Part shown: piece after piece, positions 35,816 to 48,489 of the stretch
Layout of the letters: each line of letters begins with the position of its first letter
How positions within the stretch are numbered: position 1 is the first letter of the stretch
Assembly (NCBI GenBank): GCA_964016885.1
Contig: CAXHJY010000306.1
Location: 1-64,000 of the forward strand
Direction of reading: 5' to 3'
Length of the DNA stretch: 64,000 nt
Origin: Eledone cirrhosa
Taxonomy: Eukaryota
Notes under the pieces: generated by a model
Told to the model about the DNA's origin: nothing
Databases searched by the model: none
The model's input: the letters and a program-made list of their open reading frames with translations, nothing else
Translations under genes and position numbers: made by a program

Positions 35816-38010
35816 CTTGAAAGAACTCTTTTTTTAAACCTCCTGTAATGATTCAGAAAATATCTAAAAATGTGTTTGTTAATTCAGATGTTTGTAGTAT
35901 CTTTACAAGTGGTTGGATATTTTGAAAATTTGCAGTAAACTAAAATAATTGTTTCTATTTTTGGCACAAGGCCAGCAATTATACCAGTGTATTACTGGTA
36001 CTTTATTTTATTGACCCCGTAAGGATGAAAAGCAAAGTTAACCTTAGCGGGATGTAAACTCAGACCATAAAGAGCTGTAACTCTTTGCTGCAAAGCATGA
36101 CATCCAACCCTCTACCGATACTGCCAATCCACCAAATAATGTGATGCAGTCATAGTGCTGTTTTATATTTTTCAAGAATGTCTTCTTAATGCAGTACAGG
36201 TGTTAAGAGATAAATAAGATTTGACCATGAATCATAGTTTGTGATTTGGGGCTCAATTTCTATTCAAGCCATCTGATCATTTGGATTTTTGTTTCAAATT
36301 TACACTCAAGTATTTACAGAATTTAAATATTTGTTTATTTTTAATAAAATAATTTTTTTTTTGTTTAATTTATTTAAGAAAGGGAAAACATTTACTGTTT
36401 AACTTTTAACATCCTGTAATGATTTAGTAGAAAATATCTAAAAACATGTTTGTTGATTCAAATGATTTTAGTATTTCCAACAGTGGACTGATTGGTGTGA
36501 ACATTTGCATTAAACTAAAGTCTTTAATTTATAATGAGATGCAATTATAGTACTGCTTTGTACTTTTCAAAAATATCTTGGTAATGCAGTTTCATGTGGT
36601 ACATGATTTTAAGAGTTAAAATACCACACCTGCACTTACTTTCGTTTTTTACCAAGTAAAGGATCTCACTTTTTTTTTGTAGTATTGATTTTAAAATATT
36701 GATTCTCTTGAGGCAACTTGTAAGATTGAGAGCTTATTTCGATACTGAATTTTATTGTTCACTAACGATAGAAAACAAAGAAGTTTTATTTAATGCAATG
36801 TCATATATTCAATGAAGTTTGTGGGTTGGATAAAATGAAGTTGTTGGTCAGATTTGACCTGCAGGCTGTAGTTTGTTTAGCCCCTCATTGGCTTACAATG
36901 TATTGCATTTGTTGTTTATACAAAAGAGAAGAATTGTGGCTAACATTTAATTGAAACAATAAAGCTACTCTAATATAAAAATATTTAACAGAAGGAACAT
37001 ATTCTAGAATGTAGTTGTAATGTGTTTTCTTAGAGCGATGGAGAATTTTCTCAGAAACATTTGTTTCTTCAATTAACTCTTAATAATGCTTTAGCAGAAA
37101 ATATCTAAAAGTAAGATTGTAAATTCAAGTGTTTATAGTAGACAGATTATCAGATTTTCTTGAAAATTTGCAGTAATCTAGGGTTTGTAGTAAAAAAAAA
37201 AAAATTGTTTATGCTAAGCTAATATCTGATAAAAAACAATTTTGTTACAAACTAGCGATTTGCACGAATATGGCTGAACTTTCCCAATTATGGACAACCA
37301 AATAATTGCTAGAGAAAGCTGAAATTCAGTGGTATGTTGCATCTACTTAAATATTAACATCTTGTAATGACTTAGCAGAAAACATCTAAAATCAGGTTTG
37401 TTAATTCAAATGTTTATAGTATCTTTACTAGTGAACAGATCATTGTGAAAATTGACAGCAAACTAGATTGATTATAGACTTTAAGAGAGTGTTGTAGTTT
37501 GCTTGAAGCATGGTGTAAAGTTTAGAAAATAGTGTTTTATTAGAAGGTTACCACAATGTGAATTGGACATTAAGTGTTAAAAATATGATGTCAAAAGATG
37601 TTGGTATGTTACCTTGCAGTTGTTTATTGGTCATTATATTTTGGGATAAAATCCTTTCATCAAAAGAATAATTAAGGAGCTCTATGTTTTGTCACTCTTT
37701 AGCTGCCATTTTTGAAATTTGAAAGTGATATATTTTTTTTCCAACACTTTAATTTTTAATGTGATGTTGTTACAATGTTGTTTTGTACTTTTCAAGGATG
37801 TCTTATTAACGCAGTTTGATGCTTTTCAGGTTGTTAAGAGATAACAATTATTTCTGTAAAATTTGTAGAGCATTACATGTGAGTATTAGTCCTGAGAAAT
37901 GGATTGGTAGAATTGCTAGAGCATGGAACAAGATACCATCCTGTATTTGTTTCAGCTCTTGCATTCTGGGTTTAAATTCCACTGTGGCCTCTTTGGATGG
38001 TAGACTTAAC

Positions 38011-38420
38011 CCTTTCAATACCGTACTTCTTATGAAACACACTGCCTATGAGCTTCAAGTAATTTTGAAAATAATAAATAATTTGGCTGAATTTAATAAA
38101 ATAACCTTTTCATTATTAAGCTGATGTTTAAGGGAGGTGGATTAGCAGTATTGGTAGAGTTTTGTACAACATGCTTTGTGGTATAGATTTACAGCCTTTT
38201 ACATTCTGAGTTCAAATCCCACCGAGTTTAGCTTTGCCTTTCATCCTTATGGGGTCGATAAAAGAAAGTACCAGTAATACACGGGTTGATTTAATTGACA
38301 TTCCCCTCTCCCCAAATTGTTGGCCTTGTGCCTAAACCTAAATCAGAAAAAATTATTAAGTTGATGTTTGGAACTTTACTAAACAAAAATTTCTTAAGTA
38401 AAATTATGATAGAAGTTTTT
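38011..38420 (+). mobile_element. TTAA-CCC piggyBac-type MITE fragment carrying a SINE insertion
   Basis: Starts TTAA|CCCTTTC; related to 40700-40817. The SINE is flanked by an ATTATTAAG(C/T)TGATGTTT duplication. Confidence 0.55.
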
Positions 38421-40164
38421 AATATTAAGTATGGACAAATTTTAACATGCAGTTTTGTATCATAAAACTAGGGTTTAGTTTCAGGATTTTTGGTATCAAA
38501 AGGATTATAGTTTGTTTACCCAGTTTAACACCACTACCTTGCCCTTGGGTGACTTTAGTGGTGTCCACTCTGTTGCAAGCTTTCAAACCAAGTCTCTTTG
38601 AGGGTAGCTTCTTCCTACTCACCCATCAGTCATGGAGACTCAGAAGATGGCCATTGGCACAGTTTTCTCCTTCCTGACAAAACAATAAAAAAAAATCAAG
38701 GTAGAGCATACTTTGAAGTTTGTCTCTAAAATTGAATCAATTATAATAATATACCATGTATGTTTGTATATTTGTGTATATCTCTATCTATGACTCTTTA
38801 AAATTTACACAAGCAACGAACGCACACACACACACACACACACACACTGAATTTCCTATGTTGTTACAATTAGTTCACTTTCCAATCAAAATCCTGGGTT
38901 CTAACCCCCCCCCCCCCATCTCTGAGCTAAGCACCTTATCAAAAAACGTTACTCCAAAGACCCTTCAGAATCCCTTTTAGCCCTTGTATTCGCGATCATA
39001 TTCTTTCAGTCATTATGCAAGATTTATAACACCAAATTGAAGATAGTGAGTTTGGTTTTAAAATCTACCACCAGTCTTCTGATGACTGAGTGATGAAGCT
39101 GATGTATTACTCCAGCAATTCTTGCATTTAATTCAGCCTCCTGCCTTCTATCACACATGATACTTGAACTTCTCCACCTGCTTCAGTGTAACTCCACTCA
39201 TTGTTCATAAAATCATGAAGCTATAATACTTTGTTTTGTTTATCAAGCTGAGTGAAAAAAAAAAACTGTTCTGTGTAATCTTGTTGACCATGGATAATTT
39301 TTATTGATCTTTTAGTAGCTTGTAGTTTAAGTTGTGTGGTTATTTACACTTCCATCGTTCACTTGCTCAGCTCTAACATTGCAGTCTTTACATAGCGTTT
39401 CATCAAATGTATTCAACATTACTGTTCTAACTTTCTCTGCAATCCCCTGCCTCACTTAATGCAATATACTTTTTATACTTCAATAATGGAATTTATATCA
39501 TCATCATCACCATTATCATTGTGTTGAATACTGTAGTAGTAATGTAACTGTGATCACTTAGATTGGTAAATACATGTATATCACAACACTTCCACTCATA
39601 CAGATCCACAACTTGTTTGTTGCCTGGCTAAGTAATTAATAAAGGATGAACACTGTTATGGTAAAAGCGAGTTTTTTTCTGTTATTTAAGGGTTGCAGGT
39701 TTGAACATTACATCTTTGTTCTTTACTCATACATGTGATATACACCTCCTGTTCTGTAGTAGTAGAATAGTAAAGTACTTGATTGGTACTTTATTTTATC
39801 AAATCTGGACAGATGAAAGGGAAAGTTGACCCTGGCAGGATATGAACACAGAATATAAAGAGCCAGAACATATAGCACAATGGTATTTTATCCTCCCCTC
39901 TACCACTTTTGCCAACCCACCACCCAGCAGTGAGGGTGTTGACAATATTAAGTTGGATTAGATCTTTCAGAATATCTAGTTTGTTATTTCACTGTTCTTA
40001 GTTTAAATCTTAACAAAGTCAATTAATTAAATAGGCTAGATATTTGGTTATTATTGTCGGCTATTTCTCCCCATTCACATAAATGTGTATGTAACTATTC
40101 AAAAGAAATCCACACACACTCACACACTACAATCACTACACTGCTGTTGGACCTTCATCATTTC

Positions 40165-40478
40165 TGATGACCAGTGCTCCTGTTGATTTAATCAACAGAG
40201 CTACCTACTTGTGAAATTAATGTGTTAAGTGGCTGCGCATTCCACAGACACACACATGCACCTTTAATGTAGTTCTCAGCTAGATTTCATGTGACATAAT
40301 GTGTGACAAAGCTGGCCTTGAGAATTACAGGCACCACTCATTTGTGCCAGCTGAGTGAACTGGAGCAATGTGAAATAAACCATCTTGCTCAAGGACAAAT
40401 CACCACCCAGTCTGGAAATCGAATTCACGAGCTTATGAATGTGAGCTGAACACTAACCACTAAGCCATGTACCTTCAC
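40165..40478 (-). mobile_element. tRNA-derived SINE
   Basis: Reverse-complemented tRNA-like head (CTAACCACTAAGCCATG) and core shared with the SINE at 21654. Confidence 0.7.
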
Positions 40479-41250
40479 CAATCACTACATACCATACTTT
40501 ATAATGTATTACTGTTTTGTATGGCTTTTGGTAAATAAAGAAATTATTACTTGGACAGATTTGACAGTAAACATAACTAGATGAAATGACCTACAGTATT
40601 TAGTACTTTTCATCCTGTGCATCTCTTTAAAGTTATTATGAAGGAATGATATAAAATATACACCAGTAATGTACAGTAATCTCCTATAACAATTATTCAA
40701 GCCTTTCGTTACCATATTCCTTATGAAAAACACTGCCTGTGTTTCAAATTTTGAAAATAATCAAGAATTTGGAGGGATTTAGTAATATAACTAATATTCT
40801 CATTATTAAGCTGGTGTAAGGGTAGTGGATTGTTAAAATCATCAATCAATTCTACCAATCGTTAGCATCGGATAAAATGCTTTGCAACATTTATTTTCAG
40901 CCCTTTACATTTTTTAGATAAATACAAACACTTTAACCCTTTTGTTACCAACCTGGCCAAAACTGGCTCTGGTTATATGAAATAAAGTCACCCATTTTAA
41001 AGGTTTACAGTTTAAATAAAAATCTTCCAACATAATTTTATATAAGAACCTTACATTAAGTTACTATCTTAAGTAATGAAATAATTAATAATTTTAGTAA
41101 ATCTCTCAAAATTCTTCCTTAATTAATTGTTTCAACCATTTCCAACATTTTAAAACTAGGGAAAATAGATGTTGAATGTTGATAATAGCAATAATTATTA
41201 TTAAATACAGTTATAATTTTGTAGTTGTTTCAAATAATGTTTTCCTAATA

Positions 41251-41904
41251 CAGTGGTTCATAAACTTTTCATTACTAATGACCCCCTTTATTTAAAAAAA
41301 TGAAAACAACTTTTTCACAGGCCCCTGCTATATATATTTACTCCTCTCCCAGATTGTTAGACAGCGAGAATAACAACTAAAAGGGGAAACTGTTTATACT
41401 TAAAGAAAAATAGACACCCAAATAGCATGTGCATATTATGTTTTTTAGCAAAAGTATTTGAAATTTTGTAGGTGGCAAATAGGCAGAGTTGTTAGAACGT
41501 TGGATAGAATGTTTTGTGGTATCTGTTTTGGCTCTCTGCTTTCTGAGTTCAAATTCTGCTGAGGTCAACTTTACCTTTCATCCATTCAAGGTTGATAAAA
41601 AAAGTACCAGTCGAATACTGGGGTTGATTCTTCCTCTATATCTCTTTCTCACTTCCATTCTCTCACTCGCTCTCTATTCTTCTCTGGAAGAAATCTGCTG
41701 TATCAGACCTGGAGAGGAGATGTGATCCACCAGGTTTAAAAAATGCCCTAAAAATGCTGTATTTCAATATGGCGTCCTTACAACTCCCTCAGGAATTAAA
41801 GGACTAAGGGACAAGAGACTTGAAATTTTAAACTTAACTCAAAGACCCTGAGTGCTATATCTGCAGACCTCACTGGGTCTGCAGATACCAGGTTGGGAAT
41901 CACT
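41251..41904. mobile_element. Probable hAT-type MITE remnant with a nested SINE
   Basis: Imperfect termini CAGTGGTTCATAAAC ... GGTTGGGAATCACT. Confidence 0.4.
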
Positions 41905-42129
41905 TGTGTAGAATATATTTAGTGCAATGTTGTCAGGGAATTTTAGTTGCTTGTTACAGCTTTGACAGTGGAAATCATTCCATTTTCATTTACCCCCACC
42001 CCCACCTCATTGCATAATCTAGTTATATTTTAAAATGGAATGGTTACTGGTTAGAAAAGCCATTCAGCGGTAATAAATACTTCTGTTCATCAGAGTGTGT
42101 ATATATATATGTGTGTGTGTGTATGTATA

Positions 42130-42598
42130 AAAAAGTGCAGAGCACTAGAAGTCGATGGAAGCCTTGGATTGGGGAGACCCAAGAAGACCTGGGATGAGGT
42201 GATAAAGCCGACCTTACCCAATTGCACCTCTCAAAGGACCGTGACCTCTGGCGTCATGCAGTAATACAGAAGACCCGACTTCCCACGGGTATAAACTGAA
42301 GCATATAGACAATATGCTGTCATCCCTTCCCACTGCAAAGTGGTCGTGGAGGTGCCATGACAAAAAAAGCACCCACGCTACACTGTAAAGTGGTTGTGTA
42401 GGCTCCATGGAAAAAAAGCACCCAGCACTTACTGTAAATGAGGTTGGTGTTAGAAAGGGTATTCAGATGTAGAAATCAAGCCAAAATCAGTTCCCGTATG
42501 AGCAAGAAAAGGTCACACGACCTGGCACTGCCCACAACAGGACAACCCGTCCAACCCATGCTAGCGTGGAAGAATGGATGTAAAATGGTGATGATGAT
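42130..42598 (+). mobile_element. RTE LINE 3' fragment
   Basis: GRPKKTWDEVIK plus 3' UTR, matching 26560-27110. Confidence 0.8.
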
Positions 42599-42752
42599 AT
42601 ATATATATATATGTGTGTGTGTATATATGTGTATGTGATGTGCCCTTGATGTTTCTCTTCATAGCTATTGAAAGGTTCAGCAATATTTCTAGAGAAACTG
42701 AAATAGAGAACAAATGAAATTTAGTTTCATCTCGACTTTGTGTTACCCCTGC

Positions 42753-43051
42753 TTAATAGGGATAAAACTTAATTAGGGAAACCTAGGTTTAGTAAGGACA
42801 ACACTAAATCAGGGAAACCTAGGTTTAGTAGGGACAACACTTAATCAAGGAAACATCACTTATTTTTAGTAGGGACAACATTTGGTCGTGTCACCTATGT
42901 CTAGTAGGGACAACAATGTGTTGTTTCATATGTTTAGTAGGATCAGCAATGTGTTGTGTCACCTATGTTTGGTAGAGATAACAATGTTTTGTGTCCTCTA
43001 TGTTTAGTAGGGACAACAACGTGTTGTGTCACCTGTTTAGTAAGGACAACA
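42753..43051. repeat. 33-41-bp minisatellite, ~9 units, core TTTAGTAGGGACAACA
   Basis: Cores at ~42753, 42788, 42824, 42865, 42900, 42933, 42968, 43003 and 43036. Confidence 0.9.
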
Positions 43052-43104
43052 GTTGGTTAGGGAACTGTTGATATTAACTGTGTTTTCCCATTATCTGAAT
43101 TATT

Positions 43105-43388
43105 TAACATCAGATGTAGTGTGCAAGAGAGAATATTGCACTGGTATGGAGATGTGATGCTTATGGAAAATGATCACTAGGTGCAGAAGTGCTAAGAAAT
43201 TCCAGTAGGATGAAACCTTTGGAGGAAGACTAAGGGAAACCTAGGTGGTGAAAGGTGATTCCAAATCACTAAAGCTCACAGAGGAGATAACGAAGGAACG
43301 CATTTAGTGGCGGGATGCTGTGCTGAAAAAGACCAGTCCAACCTCATGCAAGCATGGAAAAGCGGACGTAAAATAATGATGATGATGT
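43105..43388 (+). mobile_element. RTE LINE 3' fragment
   Basis: Decayed IRCSVQER..HWYG.VM; ends CATGCAAGCATGGAAAAGCGGACGTAAAA(TGA)n. Confidence 0.7.
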
Positions 43389-44033
43389 CATTCATCAACA
43401 CAAATTATAGACATGTTATTATGAACTCATAAATGTTTAACTTTATTTCAATTGAACTCATCATCCTGCTCAATATTGTGGCCCCTTTTTCAACCACTGA
43501 TCGCACTTGTGTAACTTGGTGGTTCCTATTTACTTTGTTATTTCATAGGAAGAGGTTGGAGGTTGGGAATCTCTTCAAAAGTCAATGTAAAACTAAGTCT
43601 TATGTTCACAAAAAACAAAAAAACAAAAAAAAAAACTCTTCATTATTTCCATTGACATCAGTTGATTAGAAATGCCATTTCTGATAACTAACATACAGGT
43701 GTGAAGCAGGTGTGGCTTGTGTAACTCTGAGAGTGAGGAGAGTATGTGTGTGCCAGCTACTGTTGTGATGGTACCACTGCCATCTGTGTCAGCAGCAGCA
43801 GCAACAACAACAACAACAGCTGCAGCATCAGTAGCAAACAACTGCATGTATACAGCTTGTTATGTTGGTGTTAGCACTTTTATATGTTACTTGCTTTGTG
43901 GACATAGCTAATATCTGAGAGAGAGAGAGAGATTCTGACACTTCTGTATATGTATACACTGCACACTAAGTGTAGTAGTAGTAGTGGTGGTAGTAGTAGC
44001 AGCGACATTTCTAGGATTGGCGGCACCACCACC

Positions 44034-44064
<31 letters not shown>

Positions 44065-44845
44065 GCAGCAGCAGCAAAGTTTATGATGTGTCACAATAAC
44101 TGCAGATACGGTTTTTACAACTGACAGAATTTATACATCTGCTTCTACCATTACTAATACTGTAACTACTGACAAGTTTTTTTTTTCTATTAAATTTTTT
44201 AAAATTATTTTATTTCTTCAGCTCTCATTGCTTATAGTGTAATAGTGTGTGCTACAACAAACACACTAGCTCTACTATCACTACTACTGGCTGTAGTATT
44301 CTACTGCTTCCATCAGAGCCAGCACTAGTATTTATTGCCTTTAGTATGTTACTTTACTGTGTTTGTGCTGTCACTGTAAGCTGTAAGTGTTTATATGTGA
44401 AGCTGTCAGTGTGTGTATGTAGCAACAGAGAAAAACAGCAGCAGCAGATAGAATGAGAGAGAGACAGTGATAAAGAGAGAGAAAGAGAGAGAGAGGTAGT
44501 CATACACACACGCCTACTAGATTCAAGCGAAATGAGCGAAGATTTTAGCTCAGGCCTTTGTTTATATCTTCTTCTTACTGGCTCTTCTGCTGGGTGTAGT
44601 ATTATTGCCTTGGTGTGCAGGTGTAGCTTGCCAACTAGAATGTATGATTGCCAGAGGAGAGAATGACGGACCACCAGCTCAGAGAAGAAGACCTCACTGA
44701 CATTTACTACCACCATAACACAACTAGAAGATTGGCTCTCAGCTACAGCCATTTGTTGACCTAATAGCTTTATTTTCAATGTCCTGGACACATTGCATTC
44801 TACTTAACTACATACAGAGTGAATCATAATAACATCACAGATTAT

Positions 44846-45211
44846 TGACCTGACCTGACCTCACTTTGCTTAATCACAAGAAACTACATGTTTTCTGCAT
44901 GCAACAAGACATCAACGCCACACACACACACACACGCACATGCACACAGACATATATATATATATACACTTTCATATACACGCACACACATACAGAATGC
45001 CAGCTTGATTTCCTCCAAATTGATATCGAATCAGTAATTTGAAGTAAGCCAAGTACATTGTGATATAATTCTGGTGTGACCTGTCCTAGTTTTCACCTGA
45101 CATTAAAAAAAGCACATACATAACTTGCCACACACACACACACATATTTACATATATATCTATATCCATACACATATTATTTATTATCATTAATATTATT
45201 ATTATTAATAC

Positions 45212-45244
<33 letters not shown>

Positions 45245-45359
45245 GCAACAGCTTGGGACATTTGACCTGATGTGACCTAACAATGCAGCATATTAATACA
45301 CAACCAACATACCAATTTATATAGCACACATCGTTATATTTAACTCAAGGCAGGGTATA

Positions 45360-45402
<43 letters not shown>

Positions 45403-45544
45403 GGTATATATATATTTCTATACATATATACAAAAAGAGTGAGAGAGAAAAGGAAGAAAGAGAAAGGGGGAGAGAGAGACAGAGATTGTGTGAGAGTGAG
45501 TGTGCGAGAGCTGTAAAGATATGTGACCTGGCTCGACCTGACCT
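44846..45544. promoter_or_regulatory. Cluster of TGACCT nuclear-receptor half-sites including three DR4-type arrangements
   Basis: DR4 at 44846-44861 and 45263-45278 (perfect) and 45524-45539 (one mismatch). Motif evidence only. Confidence 0.35.
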
Positions 45545-45948
45545 AAAAATGCAATACTTCATGTATTAACACCTTTGTAACATGCACCGACAAGCAATAT
45601 ATACCATCCACACCGCATCTAATGTTACAAACTAACAATTGTATTATTGCTGTAAGCTGTACAAAATCTTGGAGACCACCAACAGAAGGGTGCCAATGAA
45701 AAAAAAGTGGTAGGCATTGATTTTTCATTTTATTCCATTAACTACTCAAATGTTTTCTTCATTCTATATAGCTTTTCTATGCACTCTTCTTTTTCTTCTT
45801 CATTCTTCTCTCTTTTCGTTCTCTCTCTTTCATTCATTATACTTGTTCCTGCACGCACTTCTTTTTCTATCTATCTCTATATATCTATCTAAATGTGCGC
45901 GCCTACATATATACACAAACACACATATTCGTACACACACACACACAG

Positions 45949-45992
<44 letters not shown>

Positions 45993-46808
45993 ATGCACAC
46001 ATTTCAGAGACTGCACATCACGTGTATCGAATGTAGTGAGTTTGTCAGAGCTCAGTGTTTGTTGCACACACACACACACGCACACACACACACGCACGCA
46101 CGCGCACACACACACACACATTGTGTCTTTTTGTTATTCTGGAAGTTAGTGAAAATATTCTCTTCAAGTATCATTCCGGCAATAAAGCTACAGGTTTGGG
46201 ATTTCACTTGGTGTTCAAATGTATAACTACCTTTCTTTCTTTCTGTCTGTCTGTCTGTCTGCATGTCTGTCTGTCTGCATGTCTGTCTGTCTGTATGTAT
46301 GTATGTATGCATGCATGTATGTATGTATGTGCGTATATATAATAAATGTATGCATGTATGTGTACATGTATGTATGCATGTATGCATTTGAATATATATA
46401 CATGTATGTATATGCATATATATATATGTGTATTTATGTGCGTGTGTATGTGTGTGTGTATGCTTGTGTGTGCGCACCTCTGTGTATATGTGTGCGTGTG
46501 TTATGTAAAACTGCTTCCTGTTCTTGCGAGTTCATTGCTCCCACTTACCTTTCAATAACGATATCTCATAACTGATATTACATGTTATAACATAAGCAAT
46601 TAGCGAATAAGTGTCTGTGTGGAACAACAATATTTTAGGTTTGATAAAACGTCTTGTCATTGCGTTATTTTTTTAAATTGCCAGCTGTAGATAAATTGGA
46701 GAGAGATAGAGAGATGGGATATTGGCAGGGCAAGTATTAGAACTAGTTTTCTGTGATTTCACTGCCAATAAACTTTAAGACATTTTTGGCTGTTGGTGGC
46801 AACACATA

Positions 46809-47016
46809 CATATTTACTCGTGTATAGGTCGCACCGGTAGATAAGTTGCACCTCCATTTTACAGGCAACATTTATTTACAATGTATCGTATATACCTCAA
46901 TTTGATGTTTTATAAGGTTCAATGAATAAGTCGCATGTTTTTGCTCTTTTTTTTTTTTTTTTTCCACGTAACATTTTCTGGGTGGAAAAGCTGCGACTTA
47001 TACACGAATATATATG
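46809..47016. mobile_element. Tc1/mariner-pogo type MITE
   Basis: 25-bp imperfect TIR CATATTTACTCGTGTATAGGTCGCA (3 mismatches). Related fragments at ~27530-27660 and ~47567-47640. Confidence 0.7.
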
Positions 47017-47919
47017 GTATCTATGTTGTATGGTTGTATGAAAGTAGACAGGTATGATGATAGATGCTATTAGCTTTAAATTAAGCCTAACCACCATGAA
47101 AATACTGCTGTATGTTGCAGTTTTTTTTCCTTGGGTACATTCTTTTAAAAAACATCAACACACACACACACACACACACACCATCTGATGATTGCATAGC
47201 TTTGTTCACTTGGCTCAAAACATTGGTTCAAATGTGACAACTTTCACAAGCAACTTGGAAATGTTACTAATGATGCTCATCAGGAGTTGTGTTGTTGTTT
47301 TTAACCTACCTACCCATCTACCTACCTACCTACCTACCTACTTACTTACTTACCTATCTATCTACCTTATGTTAGCAACAATATGTGTGTTACATTAACA
47401 ACATCGTTATATAAGTAGATGATGTTACAACTTGCTACTTAGTAAACTATTTCACACAAACAGCAATAGCTGTTTGGCTCTTCTGAATTACACACACACA
47501 CACACACTCACACACACACATACGCATGTTAATTTATTGATGATTTGTTAACATCTATTATAATAATATACTCCTATATGAGTATATTATATTAAGTCGC
47601 ACCTCTGTTTCATCTACAACATTTTTACAGTGTATCATATATTTTGAAATGAGGTTTTGTAGGTCCAGTAGATAAGCCTCATGCTGGTTTTCCCTCGTCG
47701 TATATTCGTGGGATTTGAACACGAATATGGTAATTGATACCACGTCAATCACAAATAATTGTTTCTACGTTAGGCACAAGGCCAGCAAATAACCCAGAGC
47801 ATTACTGGTACTTTATTTTATCGATCCCGTAAGGATGAATGTTTGTTTACACACACGTAAACACGTTACACAATCACACACGTGTAACACAAAAGTTGAA
47901 TTTGTGTAACTGATTGTGC

Positions 47920-47980
<61 letters not shown>

Positions 47981-47982
<2 letters not shown>

Positions 47983-48245
47983 AGTTAAACAAGATTCAAT
48001 GAGTACATCAAAGAATGAGTTTTACAGTAGATTGGAAGCACTCTACAGATAAATAATTTTCCAGAGTTATTAATATTAAAATACAAATATTAATAAAATA
48101 CTACCTTGATTAAATCTTAACCATTTAACATCTCAGGGTATGTCATGTATCATTATATTTTGTCTGATGAGGACGTACTGTTGTACCTCTGAAATATGTA
48201 TAATAAAATTTAATTGATCAAAAGAACTTCTATTTTATTAATATT
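47981..48245 (+). mobile_element. Penelope-like element 3' end / pLTR between TA tracts
   Basis: Frameshifted peptide ..KNEFYSRLEALY/INNFPEL resembles the GIY-YIG C-terminal R..LEAL.I...P.LN; a hammerhead core follows. Confidence 0.6.
48157..48210 (+). ncRNA. Minimal type I hammerhead-like motif
   Basis: CTGATGA (48164-70), stem II GGA-C-GTAC(TGTT)GTAC-C-TCT, GAAA, TATG, TA. Stem I is weak. Confidence 0.6.
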
Positions 48246-48247
48246 TA

Positions 48248-48340
<93 letters not shown>

Positions 48341-48360
48341 TTTATATATATATATATATA

Positions 48361-48394
<34 letters not shown>

Positions 48395-48452
48395 TTTATA
48401 TATATATATATTTATATTTATATATATATATACATATATATATATATTTATA

Positions 48453-48489
<37 letters not shown>

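Noticed and set aside
28700-40170. Other CTGATGA heptamers (~28704, 33887, 35784, 39079, 40164)
   Set aside because: No stem II followed by GAAA, so they are not hammerheads.
42753-43051. CRISPR-like repeat-spacer appearance
   Set aside because: The spacers are related to each other, the repeats are only ~16 nt and degenerate, there are no cas genes and the context is eukaryotic.
43780-43850. Poly-Q or poly-A/T coding exon
   Set aside because: The Q frame stops at TAG immediately; no splice or homology support.
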